64,000 bases of DNA from positions 102,190-166,189 of the forward strand of contig CAYRQF010000001.1 of assembly GCA_964426385.1 (NCBI GenBank). Direction: 5' to 3'. Source of the stretch: an uncultured Candidatus Saccharibacteria bacterium (GTDB taxonomy: Bacteria > Patescibacteriota > Minisyncoccia > Phycocordibacterales > CSBR16-119). A program made the translations under genes and the position numbers. The notes under the pieces are model-generated. The model was not told the origin of the DNA. It made no database searches and worked only from the letters and a program-made list of their open reading frames with translations. Of this stretch, positions 8,214 to 16,022 are shown piece after piece. Numbering within the stretch: position 1 is the first letter of the stretch; each line of letters opens with the position of its first letter.

Positions 8214-8546
8214 ATGACACTTATTTTAGGACTTATACTTGGAGCCGGTTTCGTCGTATTCGCACTCCAGAACACGCAGACCGTTATGGTCACATTTCTC
8301 GGATGGGGATTCGAGGGATCTGTTGCCGTCATCGTCATCGCAGCATTACTCGCAGGTATCGTCATCAGCCTACTCATGGCTATCCCGGGAGTTATCCGCA
8401 ACATGATATCCGAATCTAGCCTGCGTGGTCACAACGATGCACTTCGTCGAGAACTCGATGATCACAAAGAGAAGCTCGAGGACGCACATAGGACTATCGC
8501 CGAGATCAAGAAGACTCCTGATGAGATCGTCATCACCAAGCTGTAA
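8214..8546 (+). CDS. LapA/DUF1049-like small membrane protein
   Basis: 110 aa with two TM helices followed by a charged coiled tail (RRELDDHKEKLEDAHRTIAEIKK), typical of the lipopolysaccharide assembly protein A domain family. Confidence 0.5.
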   Translation: MTLILGLILGAGFVVFALQNTQTVMVTFLGWGFEGSVAVIVIAALLAGIVISLLMAIPGVIRNMISESSLRGHNDALRRELDDHKEKLEDAHRTIAEIKKTPDEIVITKL

Positions 8547-8548
8547 GA

Positions 8549-9091
8549 ATGGAGAGGAGTATCAACGGCATACCATATACACTGCGTAACACTGCGCGCA
8601 AGATGCGTGTCTCTATCCGCATAGATAGTGCTGGTACTCTCGTCGTTTCGAAGTCTCGGTGGATATCTGTCCGACAAGCTGAGCGGGTCGTAGAGCGGAA
8701 CCTCGTCTGGATAGAGACGAAGATGAAGGAGATGAATGCCAGGCCAAAGAAACTCCTCGAGCACTACTCACGCGCAGACTTCCTCGCTTATCGAGAAACC
8801 GCCAGAAAGCTCGTCAGCGAAAGGCTAAAATATTTCAACCAGACGTATAGATTCGACATCGGTCGCATCTCTATCCGGAATCAGAAGTCTCGGTGGGGTA
8901 GTTGCTCGATGCTCGGGAATGTGAATTTTAATTACAAGCTCGCACTACTGCCACCAGCACTCTCTGACTACGTCATCGTGCATGAACTATGTCATATAGG
9001 TGAAATGAATCATGGGCCGAAGTTCTGGGCACTCGTCGCTAGGGCGATCCCAGACTGGGTAGATAGGAGACGAGCACTGAAAGCTTACTAG
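8549..9091 (+). CDS. YgjP-like metal-dependent hydrolase (DUF45, M48/SprT-like HExxH)
   Basis: 180 aa. RWGSCS...DYVIVHELCHIGEMNHGPKFWALV matches the conserved DUF45 core with an HELCH zinc motif. Confidence 0.75.
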   Translation: MERSINGIPYTLRNTARKMRVSIRIDSAGTLVVSKSRWISVRQAERVVERNLVWIETKMKEMNARPKKLLEHYSRADFLAYRETARKLVSERLKYFNQTYRFDIGRISIRNQKSRWGSCSMLGNVNFNYKLALLPPALSDYVIVHELCHIGEMNHGPKFWALVARAIPDWVDRRRALKAY

Positions 9092-9139
9092 TATCCGAGA
9101 AATAGCCTTTTTGGAAATTATAGTTTAGAATATTTACAT

Positions 9140-9292
9140 ATGACAAAAAGATCAAGTGTAGACATCCGTCCGCAAAATGCGAACCCACGGAAGTCCAAGA
9201 ATAGAGTAGCGGCCAAGAAGGCCATGCTCGCGGCCAAGGCCAAAAAGGTAGTTGATAACAAGAACGCCTGGCGCAAAACCAAGGCCAAGTAG
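9140..9292 (+). CDS. Unannotated 50-aa lysine-rich basic small protein (not in the ORF track because it is under 60 aa)
   Basis: ATG at 9140 gives MTKRSSVDIRPQNANPRKSKNRVAAKKAMLAAKAKKVVDNKNAWRKTKAK*. Followed by a stem-loop plus T-tract at 9308..9340. The antisense track ORF 9118..9306 looks spurious. Confidence 0.3.
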   Translation: MTKRSSVDIRPQNANPRKSKNRVAAKKAMLAAKAKKVVDNKNAWRKTKAK

Positions 9293-9307
9293 AGGGAGGG
9301 AGACATG

Positions 9308-9340
9308 ACCCGTATCAGAGATGATGCGGGTTTTGTTCTG
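9308..9340 (+). terminator. Rho-independent terminator-like hairpin (ACCCGTATC-AGA-GATGCGGGT followed by TTTTGTTCTG)
   Basis: 9-bp stem with one G-U pair plus a T-rich tail, directly after the small basic ORF. Confidence 0.4.
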
Positions 9341-9447
9341 CCAAAAAACCATGCATTAGAGAATATATTTGCTATTTTGGCAAGAATACGTAGACTATGG
9401 GTATATCAGTTAAATACCGGCCGCAAGGCTGGCAACTAAAGTAATAT

Positions 9448-10002
9448 ATGGGTAATTTTCAAGGAGGAGGGGCTAGAGGAGGATTTCGGGGTGGGGACCG
9501 CGGCGGCAAGCCATCGTTTGGAGGTAAGCCACGTTTTGGCGGAGCTAGAGGCTCTGATCGTGGTGACCGAGGTGATGTCGTGATGCACAAGGCTGTTTGT
9601 AGTGAATGTGGCAAAAGCACTGAAGTGCCTTTCAAGCCGACAGGTGACAAGCCTGTTTACTGCAAGGATTGCTTCAATGCCAAGCGTGATGAATCTGACA
9701 CGCGTGGTGGGGCACGTCCTAGCTACGACCGTGCGCCAAGGCGAGACTATGGTGACAAGCCAAGTTTCCGTCCTGACTCACGAAGTGAGCGCCCAGCCTA
9801 CAAGCCAGCGCCTGCTAACGACGAGACGAAGAAGGTAATGCAGGAGATCAGCACGAAACTCGATAAACTAATCAACGCCGTCGAGAGGCTCGCAGACTCG
9901 AGCAAAGCCGCTAGCCACAAAGAAGATGTGAAGAATGTGGTAGCCAAAGCGATGAAAGAAGACAAACCAAAAGCCAAGGCCGTTAAGAAGAAGAAAGCGT
10001 AA
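9448..10002 (+). CDS. RGG/GG-repeat protein with a central C4 zinc ribbon (CSECGK...YCKDC) and a K-rich C-terminus
   Basis: 184 aa. N-terminal GGGARGGFRGGDRGG repeats, CxxC-x17-CxxC, C-terminal KAKAVKKKKA. Possible nucleic-acid-binding protein; the family is not assigned. Confidence 0.5.
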   Translation: MGNFQGGGARGGFRGGDRGGKPSFGGKPRFGGARGSDRGDRGDVVMHKAVCSECGKSTEVPFKPTGDKPVYCKDCFNAKRDESDTRGGARPSYDRAPRRDYGDKPSFRPDSRSERPAYKPAPANDETKKVMQEISTKLDKLINAVERLADSSKAASHKEDVKNVVAKAMKEDKPKAKAVKKKKA

Positions 10003-10014
10003 TAATCATAAGTG

Positions 10015-10053
10015 AAAAAGCGGACCTCGGGGTAACCCGTGGTCCGCTTTTCT
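10015..10053. terminator. Bidirectional rho-independent terminator (AAAAGCGGACC-loop-GGTCCGCTTTT)
   Basis: Perfect 11-bp stem flanked by A-run and T-run, between convergent genes 9448..10002 (+) and 10064..10408 (-). Confidence 0.7.
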
Positions 10054-10063
10054 CAAGGCGTGG

Positions 10064-10408
10064 CTACATTGCGAGTAGCACTTCGACCTTGAGTAGATAG
10101 CCTTCGTCAATGCCGTGACTTTTCATCAGGCGAAGCAACGGGAGGATGAGGTTGATGTATTCTCGGTCCTCGGTATCCAGGTTCTTGGTGTTGCCAGAGT
10201 CCTCCTCGATACGGTCGATATTGGACTTGAGGTCACGCCAGTCTATGCCGGTGTAGAGGTGTGCAACTTCGACGTCATTTTCGACGATAGACACTTCTTT
10301 GGATGTCCGCTCGAGATGTTCGTCGTTCGAGAATCGTTCAGTGGAAGGCTTCTGTGTCATGGTGATCAGGTTTATAAAAATACTATTCGCTGGAGGCGGT
10401 ATTGTCAA
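10064..10408 (-). CDS. Hypothetical protein (start may be the internal Met at 10360)
   Basis: 114-aa ORF. The antisense ORF 10115..10432 is probably spurious. No motif recognised. Confidence 0.35.
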   Translation of the reverse strand: MTIPPPANSIFINLITMTQKPSTERFSNDEHLERTSKEVSIVENDVEVAHLYTGIDWRDLKSNIDRIEEDSGNTKNLDTEDREYINLILPLLRLMKSHGIDEGYLLKVEVLLAM

Positions 10409-10428
10409 CGATTTGCTAAAATATATCT

Positions 10429-10695
10429 ATGACAGTTGAGAAACTCACAGATATTCCGAACGTAGGCAAGCGTGTGGCTGGAGACCTGGAACTCCTAGGG
10501 ATCAAAAAGCTCGCGGATCTCAGAAACAAAGACCCGTACAAGTTGTATCAGAAGCTTTGCAAACTAACAGGGGTACGACATGACCCATGCTTGCTCGATA
10601 CATTCATGGCGGTAGTTGATCATGCCAACGGTGCACCCAGAACCCCATGGTGGTTCTATACTGTGGAGAGGAAAAAGAAGTATCCGAATATATAA
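10429..10695 (+). CDS. Helix-hairpin-helix DNA-binding small protein (Cdd1/'pathogenicity locus' PF11731-like)
   Basis: 88 aa. LTDIPNVGKRVAGDLELLGIKKLADL is an HhH motif. Confidence 0.5.
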   Translation: MTVEKLTDIPNVGKRVAGDLELLGIKKLADLRNKDPYKLYQKLCKLTGVRHDPCLLDTFMAVVDHANGAPRTPWWFYTVERKKKYPNI

Positions 10696-10756
10696 TTTTT
10701 TTTGGTGTTGTTGCCAAGGGAGTGTGTTTGAGATAGATTGGAACAAAACACTCCCC

Positions 10757-11128
10757 ATGAGAACACACCTGGTTGACCGTCTTTCATTCTTTGCAGGAGT
10801 TGCGACCTTGGTCTTTGTCGGCGGACACAATCACTGGGATGCATTGAGCATGTTCGTTTCTTTCCTGGTAATACTGCCAGCTATGGCGATGTCCATGGCT
10901 TGCAGGAATATGCTGGAGAAGCGATACTCCGGTGACCCACCGACAAATAGCTCGTTCTGGCGCATCGTCACGATCATCTTAGTGTTGTTCGCGATAGCAC
11001 TCCACGGGTTGATCATCGATAAGTATCCATTCACTGCTCCGGCCGTGACGATACTCGGTATTAGTTTACTCGAGCTTGTGGCCGTGCTCATGCTGCAGTA
11101 CCGTTGGAGCTCGCACTCCGAATGGTGA
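10757..11128 (+). CDS. Hypothetical integral membrane protein (start trimmed to the internal Met to avoid overlap with 10429..10695)
   Basis: 3-4 predicted TM segments (FFAGVATLVFVGG, FVSFLVILPAMAMSMA, IVTIILVLFAIALHGLII, VTILGISLLELVAVLML). Confidence 0.4.
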   Translation: MRTHLVDRLSFFAGVATLVFVGGHNHWDALSMFVSFLVILPAMAMSMACRNMLEKRYSGDPPTNSSFWRIVTIILVLFAIALHGLIIDKYPFTAPAVTILGISLLELVAVLMLQYRWSSHSEW

Positions 11129-11194
11129 AAACAGAGCCGTACCCTTTGCTAATATAGCGAGGGTGCGGCTTTTCATTTGTGTTAGTATTAGTTT

Positions 11195-11734
11195 ATGGAA
11201 TACAAATCAACATTGAAATACGTCATCGTCGCCATCGTTATCGCCGTCATCGGCGTACTCGGGTTTAAACTTCTCATGACTGAGGAAAGCGTTGCTACGC
11301 CAGATGATGTCATCGTTCATGAGGGCTGGCTCTCAGGCGAGACCGTGGATGCGCAGACTTTTATGTACCCAGCGGAGCTCGGGCTACAGTATGTCCGTAC
11401 ACAGGAGTGGCCACCAGTCATCAGTATGTTGAGCGAGTCATTTACCTGTACATCAGATGGTGTTGAGACTCAGGGGTCAGGCATTACTGAAGCTATAACC
11501 ATCAATGGACATGACTACTGCGCCACACGCCTCACAGAGGGTGCGGCAGGAAGTTCATATACTACTCACACTTATGTTAGATCATCAGGAGATACGACCG
11601 AGATGATGACTTTCACGACGAAGTCGGTCCAGTGTGGTAACTACGATGAGCTGGAGATGAATGAATGTATCGCTGAACAAGCGGCGTTCGATGTCGATAA
11701 ACTCGCTGACGAGATATTCCAAACCCTCCGATAG
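11195..11734 (+). CDS. Hypothetical membrane-anchored protein
   Basis: 179 aa with an N-terminal TM segment (VIVAIVIAVIGVLGFKLL) and a Cys-containing extracytoplasmic domain. Confidence 0.45.
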   Translation: MEYKSTLKYVIVAIVIAVIGVLGFKLLMTEESVATPDDVIVHEGWLSGETVDAQTFMYPAELGLQYVRTQEWPPVISMLSESFTCTSDGVETQGSGITEAITINGHDYCATRLTEGAAGSSYTTHTYVRSSGDTTEMMTFTTKSVQCGNYDELEMNECIAEQAAFDVDKLADEIFQTLR

Positions 11735-11783
11735 CTCACAGTTTCATTACCGCTTATACTAAACTTGTGTTAATCTCTCTCCT

Positions 11784-13274
11784 ATGTCCAAAGACGAGAC
11801 AATCTTACGTTTCGAAGAAGTAGACTTCGAATATAATCCGAACAAACCGATCCTCGACGAGGTGTCTTTTTCTGTGCGTCAGGGGATGAAGCTCACTATC
11901 ATGGGACAGAACGGCGCTGGCAAGTCCACACTGTTCGGGCTCATCACAGGTGAGTACGACCCCAACAATGGCGAGATACATATCGTAAAGGGTACTAGTA
12001 TCGCCATAGCAAGACAGGTGATCCCTAGGGATCAGATGGATCTATCTATCCGAGAATTCTTTCAGAATTGTTTCAAAGAGAAAGTCTACGATATCGACCC
12101 TCGGATAGACGAGGTGCTCGAGATAGTTCACCTCAAGGGTCATGAGAAAGTTCATGACCGCATAGTGAAAAGTTTCTCAGGAGGTCAGCAAGCGAGAATA
12201 CTACTCGCCTCTGCTCTCATCCAGGAACCTGACATCCTCCTCCTCGACGAGCCGACGAACAATCTCGACAAAGCGGGTATCGAACATCTCACAGACTTCC
12301 TGAAAAAATATGAAAAGACATGTCTGGTTATTTCCCATGATGCTGAGTTCCTGAACTCATTCACCGATGGTGTCCTGTATCTCGATGTCTTCACTAGGAA
12401 GATAGAGCGATATGTCGGTAACTACTATGATGTGGTCAAAGATATCAGTGCACGTGTCGAAAAAGAAAACATAAAGAATGCGCGCCTCGGGAAAATCATC
12501 CAAGCGAAAAAAGATCAGGCCAATGTCTTCGCCCACAAGGGTGGAAACCTGCGTGCTGTGGCGAAAAGGATGCGTGACCTCGCGGCAGATCTCGAGGAGG
12601 AGCTCGTTGATGTTAGGAAAGAAGACAAAACCATCCGGCCATTCACCATCCCATTCCAGGACGACATCACCGGTGAGATCATCAGGCTCGAGTCAGTGAA
12701 AGTGATCCGAAACCACAAACCTACCGAGAAGAAAGTAAACATCAAGCTCAAGAAGAACAATCACTTGCTCCTGGCCGGTCCGAATGGTATCGGCAAGTCG
12801 ACTCTACTCGAGTCTATCGCTAGCGGTAAGAGTGCTGGTACGACCATCGCCTCGGGTGTCCGTGTCGGTTATTATCGACAGGACTTCTCAACCCTAGACT
12901 TCAATCAGACAGTTTATGAATCCCTCCGGGATGGGATGGCTGTCGCCAACATGCCACTTAACGAAGAGCGCCTCCGGGCAACCGCAGCTGGGTTTCTCCT
13001 CACCAGTGAAGTCATAAATACGAAAATCGGAAGTTTGTCCGAGGGGCAGAAGGGGCTCGTTGCATTCGCGAGACTCGTACTCGAGCGTCCAGGGCTACTC
13101 ATACTCGATGAGCCAACGAACCACATAAATTTCAGACACCTACCGATAATCGCGCAAGCACTCGACAAATACGAGGGCGCTATGATTCTCGTATCTCACG
13201 TGCCAGACTTCGTCGAGCAGATACGTATCGACGAGAAGCTAGATCTAGACAAGAAAGTTACAAAAGATTCTTAA
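11784..13274 (+). CDS. ABC-F family ATPase (two tandem ABC ATPase domains, no TMD)
   Basis: Walker A GQNGAGKST and GPNGIGKST. Signature LSGGQQARILLA and LSEGQKGLVAFARL. Walker B LLLDEPTNNLD and LILDEPTNHIN. Confidence 0.85.
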   Translation: MSKDETILRFEEVDFEYNPNKPILDEVSFSVRQGMKLTIMGQNGAGKSTLFGLITGEYDPNNGEIHIVKGTSIAIARQVIPRDQMDLSIREFFQNCFKEKVYDIDPRIDEVLEIVHLKGHEKVHDRIVKSFSGGQQARILLASALIQEPDILLLDEPTNNLDKAGIEHLTDFLKKYEKTCLVISHDAEFLNSFTDGVLYLDVFTRKIERYVGNYYDVVKDISARVEKENIKNARLGKIIQAKKDQANVFAHKGGNLRAVAKRMRDLAADLEEELVDVRKEDKTIRPFTIPFQDDITGEIIRLESVKVIRNHKPTEKKVNIKLKKNNHLLLAGPNGIGKSTLLESIASGKSAGTTIASGVRVGYYRQDFSTLDFNQTVYESLRDGMAVANMPLNEERLRATAAGFLLTSEVINTKIGSLSEGQKGLVAFARLVLERPGLLILDEPTNHINFRHLPIIAQALDKYEGAMILVSHVPDFVEQIRIDEKLDLDKKVTKDS

Positions 13275-14517
13275 CAGCATTTTTACCAGCGACGTGTCCA
13301 GTAGTCCAACATAGCTGGAGACTGTATCCGCCTGACGGTCGGTCGATGTTCAGGATATCTCCGACGAGAAATAGATTCGGGAAAGTTCTGGACTGCATAG
13401 TTTTCATATCTACCTCTGTGAGCAACACGCCACCACTCGAGATGACAGCCTTGTCGAGTCCGAGAAGTCTGTCGACGTGCATCGGTACGGCCTTGAGGAG
13501 CTGAACCAGAGCGAGCCTGTCGCCCCTACTGATACTGTTGCATGTTTTGTCACCACTTATGCCGGAAAGCTCAACGATAGTATCTGTCATCGCACCTGTG
13601 ATGAGACTGCCGAGAGAGTTCTTGAATTTCTTCGTGGCATTCGCGCTGAATACTTTCTGGAGTTCTAGGTTGAGTTCGCCATAGTTAAATCGTGGCAAGA
13701 GGTCGAGAGTTATCTTGACCGGTCCGTATTTTAGTAGTTCACCAACGTCACGACTCATGTTGAGTACCGTTGGTCCGGAGATGCCGACGTGAGTGAAGAG
13801 AATTTTACCTGCGACTTTGTCCTGCAGTACATCGTTCTGCCAGAGAGATAGTTTGATATCGCGTAGTGTCGTACCAGCCATAGACTTGGCCCACTTGTCT
13901 TTCAGCGCTATCGGAACGAGCGATGCGGTCGGCTCACTAACAGTGTGCCCGATATCGCGAAGCCACTTGTATCCATCACCGGTCGAGCCAGTCTCAGGGC
14001 GAGAAGTTCCACCTGTGGCGATGATTATGCTTTTACCAAGTATAACTTTCTTGTTCTTCAGCCGGACTCCGACGATCCTATCCTCCTCTCGAATAATCTC
14101 GGTAACAGGTGAGTTCGAGAGTATCTCTACATTGAGCCTTTTCATATTATCAACGAGTACATCCCAGACTGACTGTGCAGAGTCCGAGACAGGGAAGACT
14201 CGCAGTTCATTCTCAACTTTGGTCGGCATGTTTTTGTCATGGAAGAAGTCCAGAGTGTCCCTAACAGACCAGTCGGAGAATGCTGAGAAAAGGAACTTGG
14301 AGTTTTCTTTGAATTTGCTCAGGAGTTTTCGGGTGTCGAACTCAGCGTTCGTGACGTTGCAACGTCCTCCCCCAGTGATGAGGAGTTTCTTGCCGAGAGT
14401 TCCATTCTTCTCGATAAGGACTACGCGCGCGCCAGACTCGGCCGCTGTACCTGCAGCCATCATTCCGGCAGGCCCGCCACCGACGATCACTACATCATAG
14501 AGAGTATCTTTGTCCAT
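13258..14517 (-). CDS. NAD(P)/FAD-dependent oxidoreductase, HI0933/BaiN-like flavoprotein family
   Basis: 419 aa. N-terminal DVVIVGGGPAGMMAAGTAAESGARVVLIEKNGTLGKKLLITGGGRCNVTN is the Rossmann FAD motif of the HI0933-like family. Its 3' end overlaps the convergent ABC-F gene by 17 bp. Confidence 0.85.
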   Translation of the reverse strand: MDKDTLYDVVIVGGGPAGMMAAGTAAESGARVVLIEKNGTLGKKLLITGGGRCNVTNAEFDTRKLLSKFKENSKFLFSAFSDWSVRDTLDFFHDKNMPTKVENELRVFPVSDSAQSVWDVLVDNMKRLNVEILSNSPVTEIIREEDRIVGVRLKNKKVILGKSIIIATGGTSRPETGSTGDGYKWLRDIGHTVSEPTASLVPIALKDKWAKSMAGTTLRDIKLSLWQNDVLQDKVAGKILFTHVGISGPTVLNMSRDVGELLKYGPVKITLDLLPRFNYGELNLELQKVFSANATKKFKNSLGSLITGAMTDTIVELSGISGDKTCNSISRGDRLALVQLLKAVPMHVDRLLGLDKAVISSGGVLLTEVDMKTMQSRTFPNLFLVGDILNIDRPSGGYSLQLCWTTGHVAGKNAVKNLL

Positions 14518-14554
14518 TTGGCTATCCTAGCGTATTTGGTGATAGAATAAAAGA

Positions 14555-15076
14555 ATGGAGACAAATAATACAAAAACATGGCAAGTGGTTCTGGGGATAG
14601 CGATAATAATATTTTTAGCGATCTGGTTGTTTAAAATGCCAGAGCGGGAAGTAGTTTTACCAACAGGAGATACAGGAGAAGAAGTTGTTGATAATGACGA
14701 AGAAGAGGCCATGAAAGAAATGTGCTACATCTGGAATACAGAAGCAGGCGATAGTGCGACACTTCGGCTAAGTATCAATGGTGACACGGCAAACGGAAGT
14801 CTCAACTGGATCCCGGCAGAGAAGGATCGTAAAACCGGAAATTTCGAAGGCAAGGTTGCAAGCGTTGGAACGGTTGACGCTCTCTGGAAAGTTTCAGCTG
14901 AGGGTATGACCTATGACGAACAGCTTATTCTGAAGTACAGCGAGACTTCTGCTAACGTAGGATTCGGCATGATGGAAGATAGGGGAGACGGAACATATGT
15001 CTATAGTGACCCGACGAATCTATCGTACGAGCCGAATCTCGCGAGAACGGATTGTGGAGATGAGGCCGTTAGATAA
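14555..15076 (+). CDS. Hypothetical membrane-anchored protein
   Basis: 173 aa with an N-terminal TM segment (WQVVLGIAIIIFLAIWLF). Confidence 0.45.
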   Translation: METNNTKTWQVVLGIAIIIFLAIWLFKMPEREVVLPTGDTGEEVVDNDEEEAMKEMCYIWNTEAGDSATLRLSINGDTANGSLNWIPAEKDRKTGNFEGKVASVGTVDALWKVSAEGMTYDEQLILKYSETSANVGFGMMEDRGDGTYVYSDPTNLSYEPNLARTDCGDEAVR

Positions 15077-15213
15077 CTAAAAATAATTGAGAGAAACTCC
15101 GGATAATAAGCCGGAGTTTTTCATTGGTGTTGAAAAAGTCTTGACAGGGGAGCATTTAGCGGTAATATACTCCCCGGATAGCAACAACGCTTTCCTTCCA
15201 AACCATTTACACG

Positions 15214-15888
15214 ATGAAGATAGGACAGTTCGGAATCTCGGAAAAGAGCACGAAGAACGTGCTTGTGATGGGGATGGGGGTTTCAGACAACAGTGTACAG
15301 CTGTTGTCGGAGCTCCGTTCCATGGGCTATACGTTGACCGCACACACCAAAACCGTCGACAAGCTCGGCGGTGCCAAGGTGGGTGAGGTCATCGACTTCA
15401 CTACGTACTCGAACGACGAGCAGATCGCACCCTACCCACTGTGCGGACTGCCACAGAATGTGTTCGAGGCGATGACCGTCACCGAGGACAAGCACGGGAA
15501 TGCACTGTGGGAGCGTGGTACCACGAAAAGGATCCGCCCGATCTCGATCGTGTTCGCCCCCGTGAGCCAAACACTCTCCGGTGGAGAAACCAACGCGTTT
15601 GACCTCATGACGCAGGTGCACTACAACACCATCGGCGCCATCAGTGCCGCCTTCGCAGGGGGCCGGATCGTGGTGACGAATGAGGCTGACCTCACGGAGC
15701 TCATCCAGTTCATCGGTGGATCCGAGGACAACAAGCTCGAGCCCGAGACCTATTGCGCCCTGGCCGTACGCTACGGAACCAAGGCCATCGCTGGACTCGG
15801 TACACGCCTGAAGAACATCGGACACAAGATGGTGGACCTCACGAAGATGGCCGACGAGGTGCTCGAGCGCGTGATGATGACGAGCTGA
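15214..15888 (+). CDS. Hypothetical protein in a GC-rich (about 60%) atypical-composition gene. Weak, unverified resemblance to MGS-like / PurH N-terminal fold (RIRPISIVFAPVSQTL vs IDMVVVNLYPFAQTV).
   Basis: 224-aa ORF. The antisense ORFs 15283..15924 and 15087..15386 are H/R-rich artefacts of the high GC. Followed by a strong terminator. Confidence 0.45.
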   Translation: MKIGQFGISEKSTKNVLVMGMGVSDNSVQLLSELRSMGYTLTAHTKTVDKLGGAKVGEVIDFTTYSNDEQIAPYPLCGLPQNVFEAMTVTEDKHGNALWERGTTKRIRPISIVFAPVSQTLSGGETNAFDLMTQVHYNTIGAISAAFAGGRIVVTNEADLTELIQFIGGSEDNKLEPETYCALAVRYGTKAIAGLGTRLKNIGHKMVDLTKMADEVLERVMMTS

Positions 15889-15948
15889 TCGGAAGGAGAA
15901 GTACAAAACATTGCCGTCATGCACTGAGTGCGACGGAAGGAGAGTCGA

Positions 15949-15986
15949 GGACCCATGCCGGGAGGTGTGGGTCCTTTTTCTTTTCC
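15949..15986 (+). terminator. Rho-independent terminator (GGACCCATGCCGGGAGGTGTGGGTCC followed by TTTTTCTTTT)
   Basis: GC-rich stem plus T-tract immediately downstream of ORF 15214..15888. Confidence 0.65.
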
Positions 15987-16022
15987 ACTACTATTTATAT
16001 AGAAAACAAAGTAAAATAAGGA

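Noticed and set aside
8126-8404. 92-aa minus-strand ORF across hairpin H1 and the lapA-like gene
   Set aside because: Spans an intergenic hairpin and is antisense to a TM-protein gene. Composition is not protein-like.
15283-15924. 213-aa minus-strand ORF (and 15087..15386, 15753..16019, 15771..15956) overlapping gene 15214..15888
   Set aside because: H/R/G-rich translations typical of antisense frames in a GC-rich gene. The plus-strand ORF has normal protein composition and a terminator.
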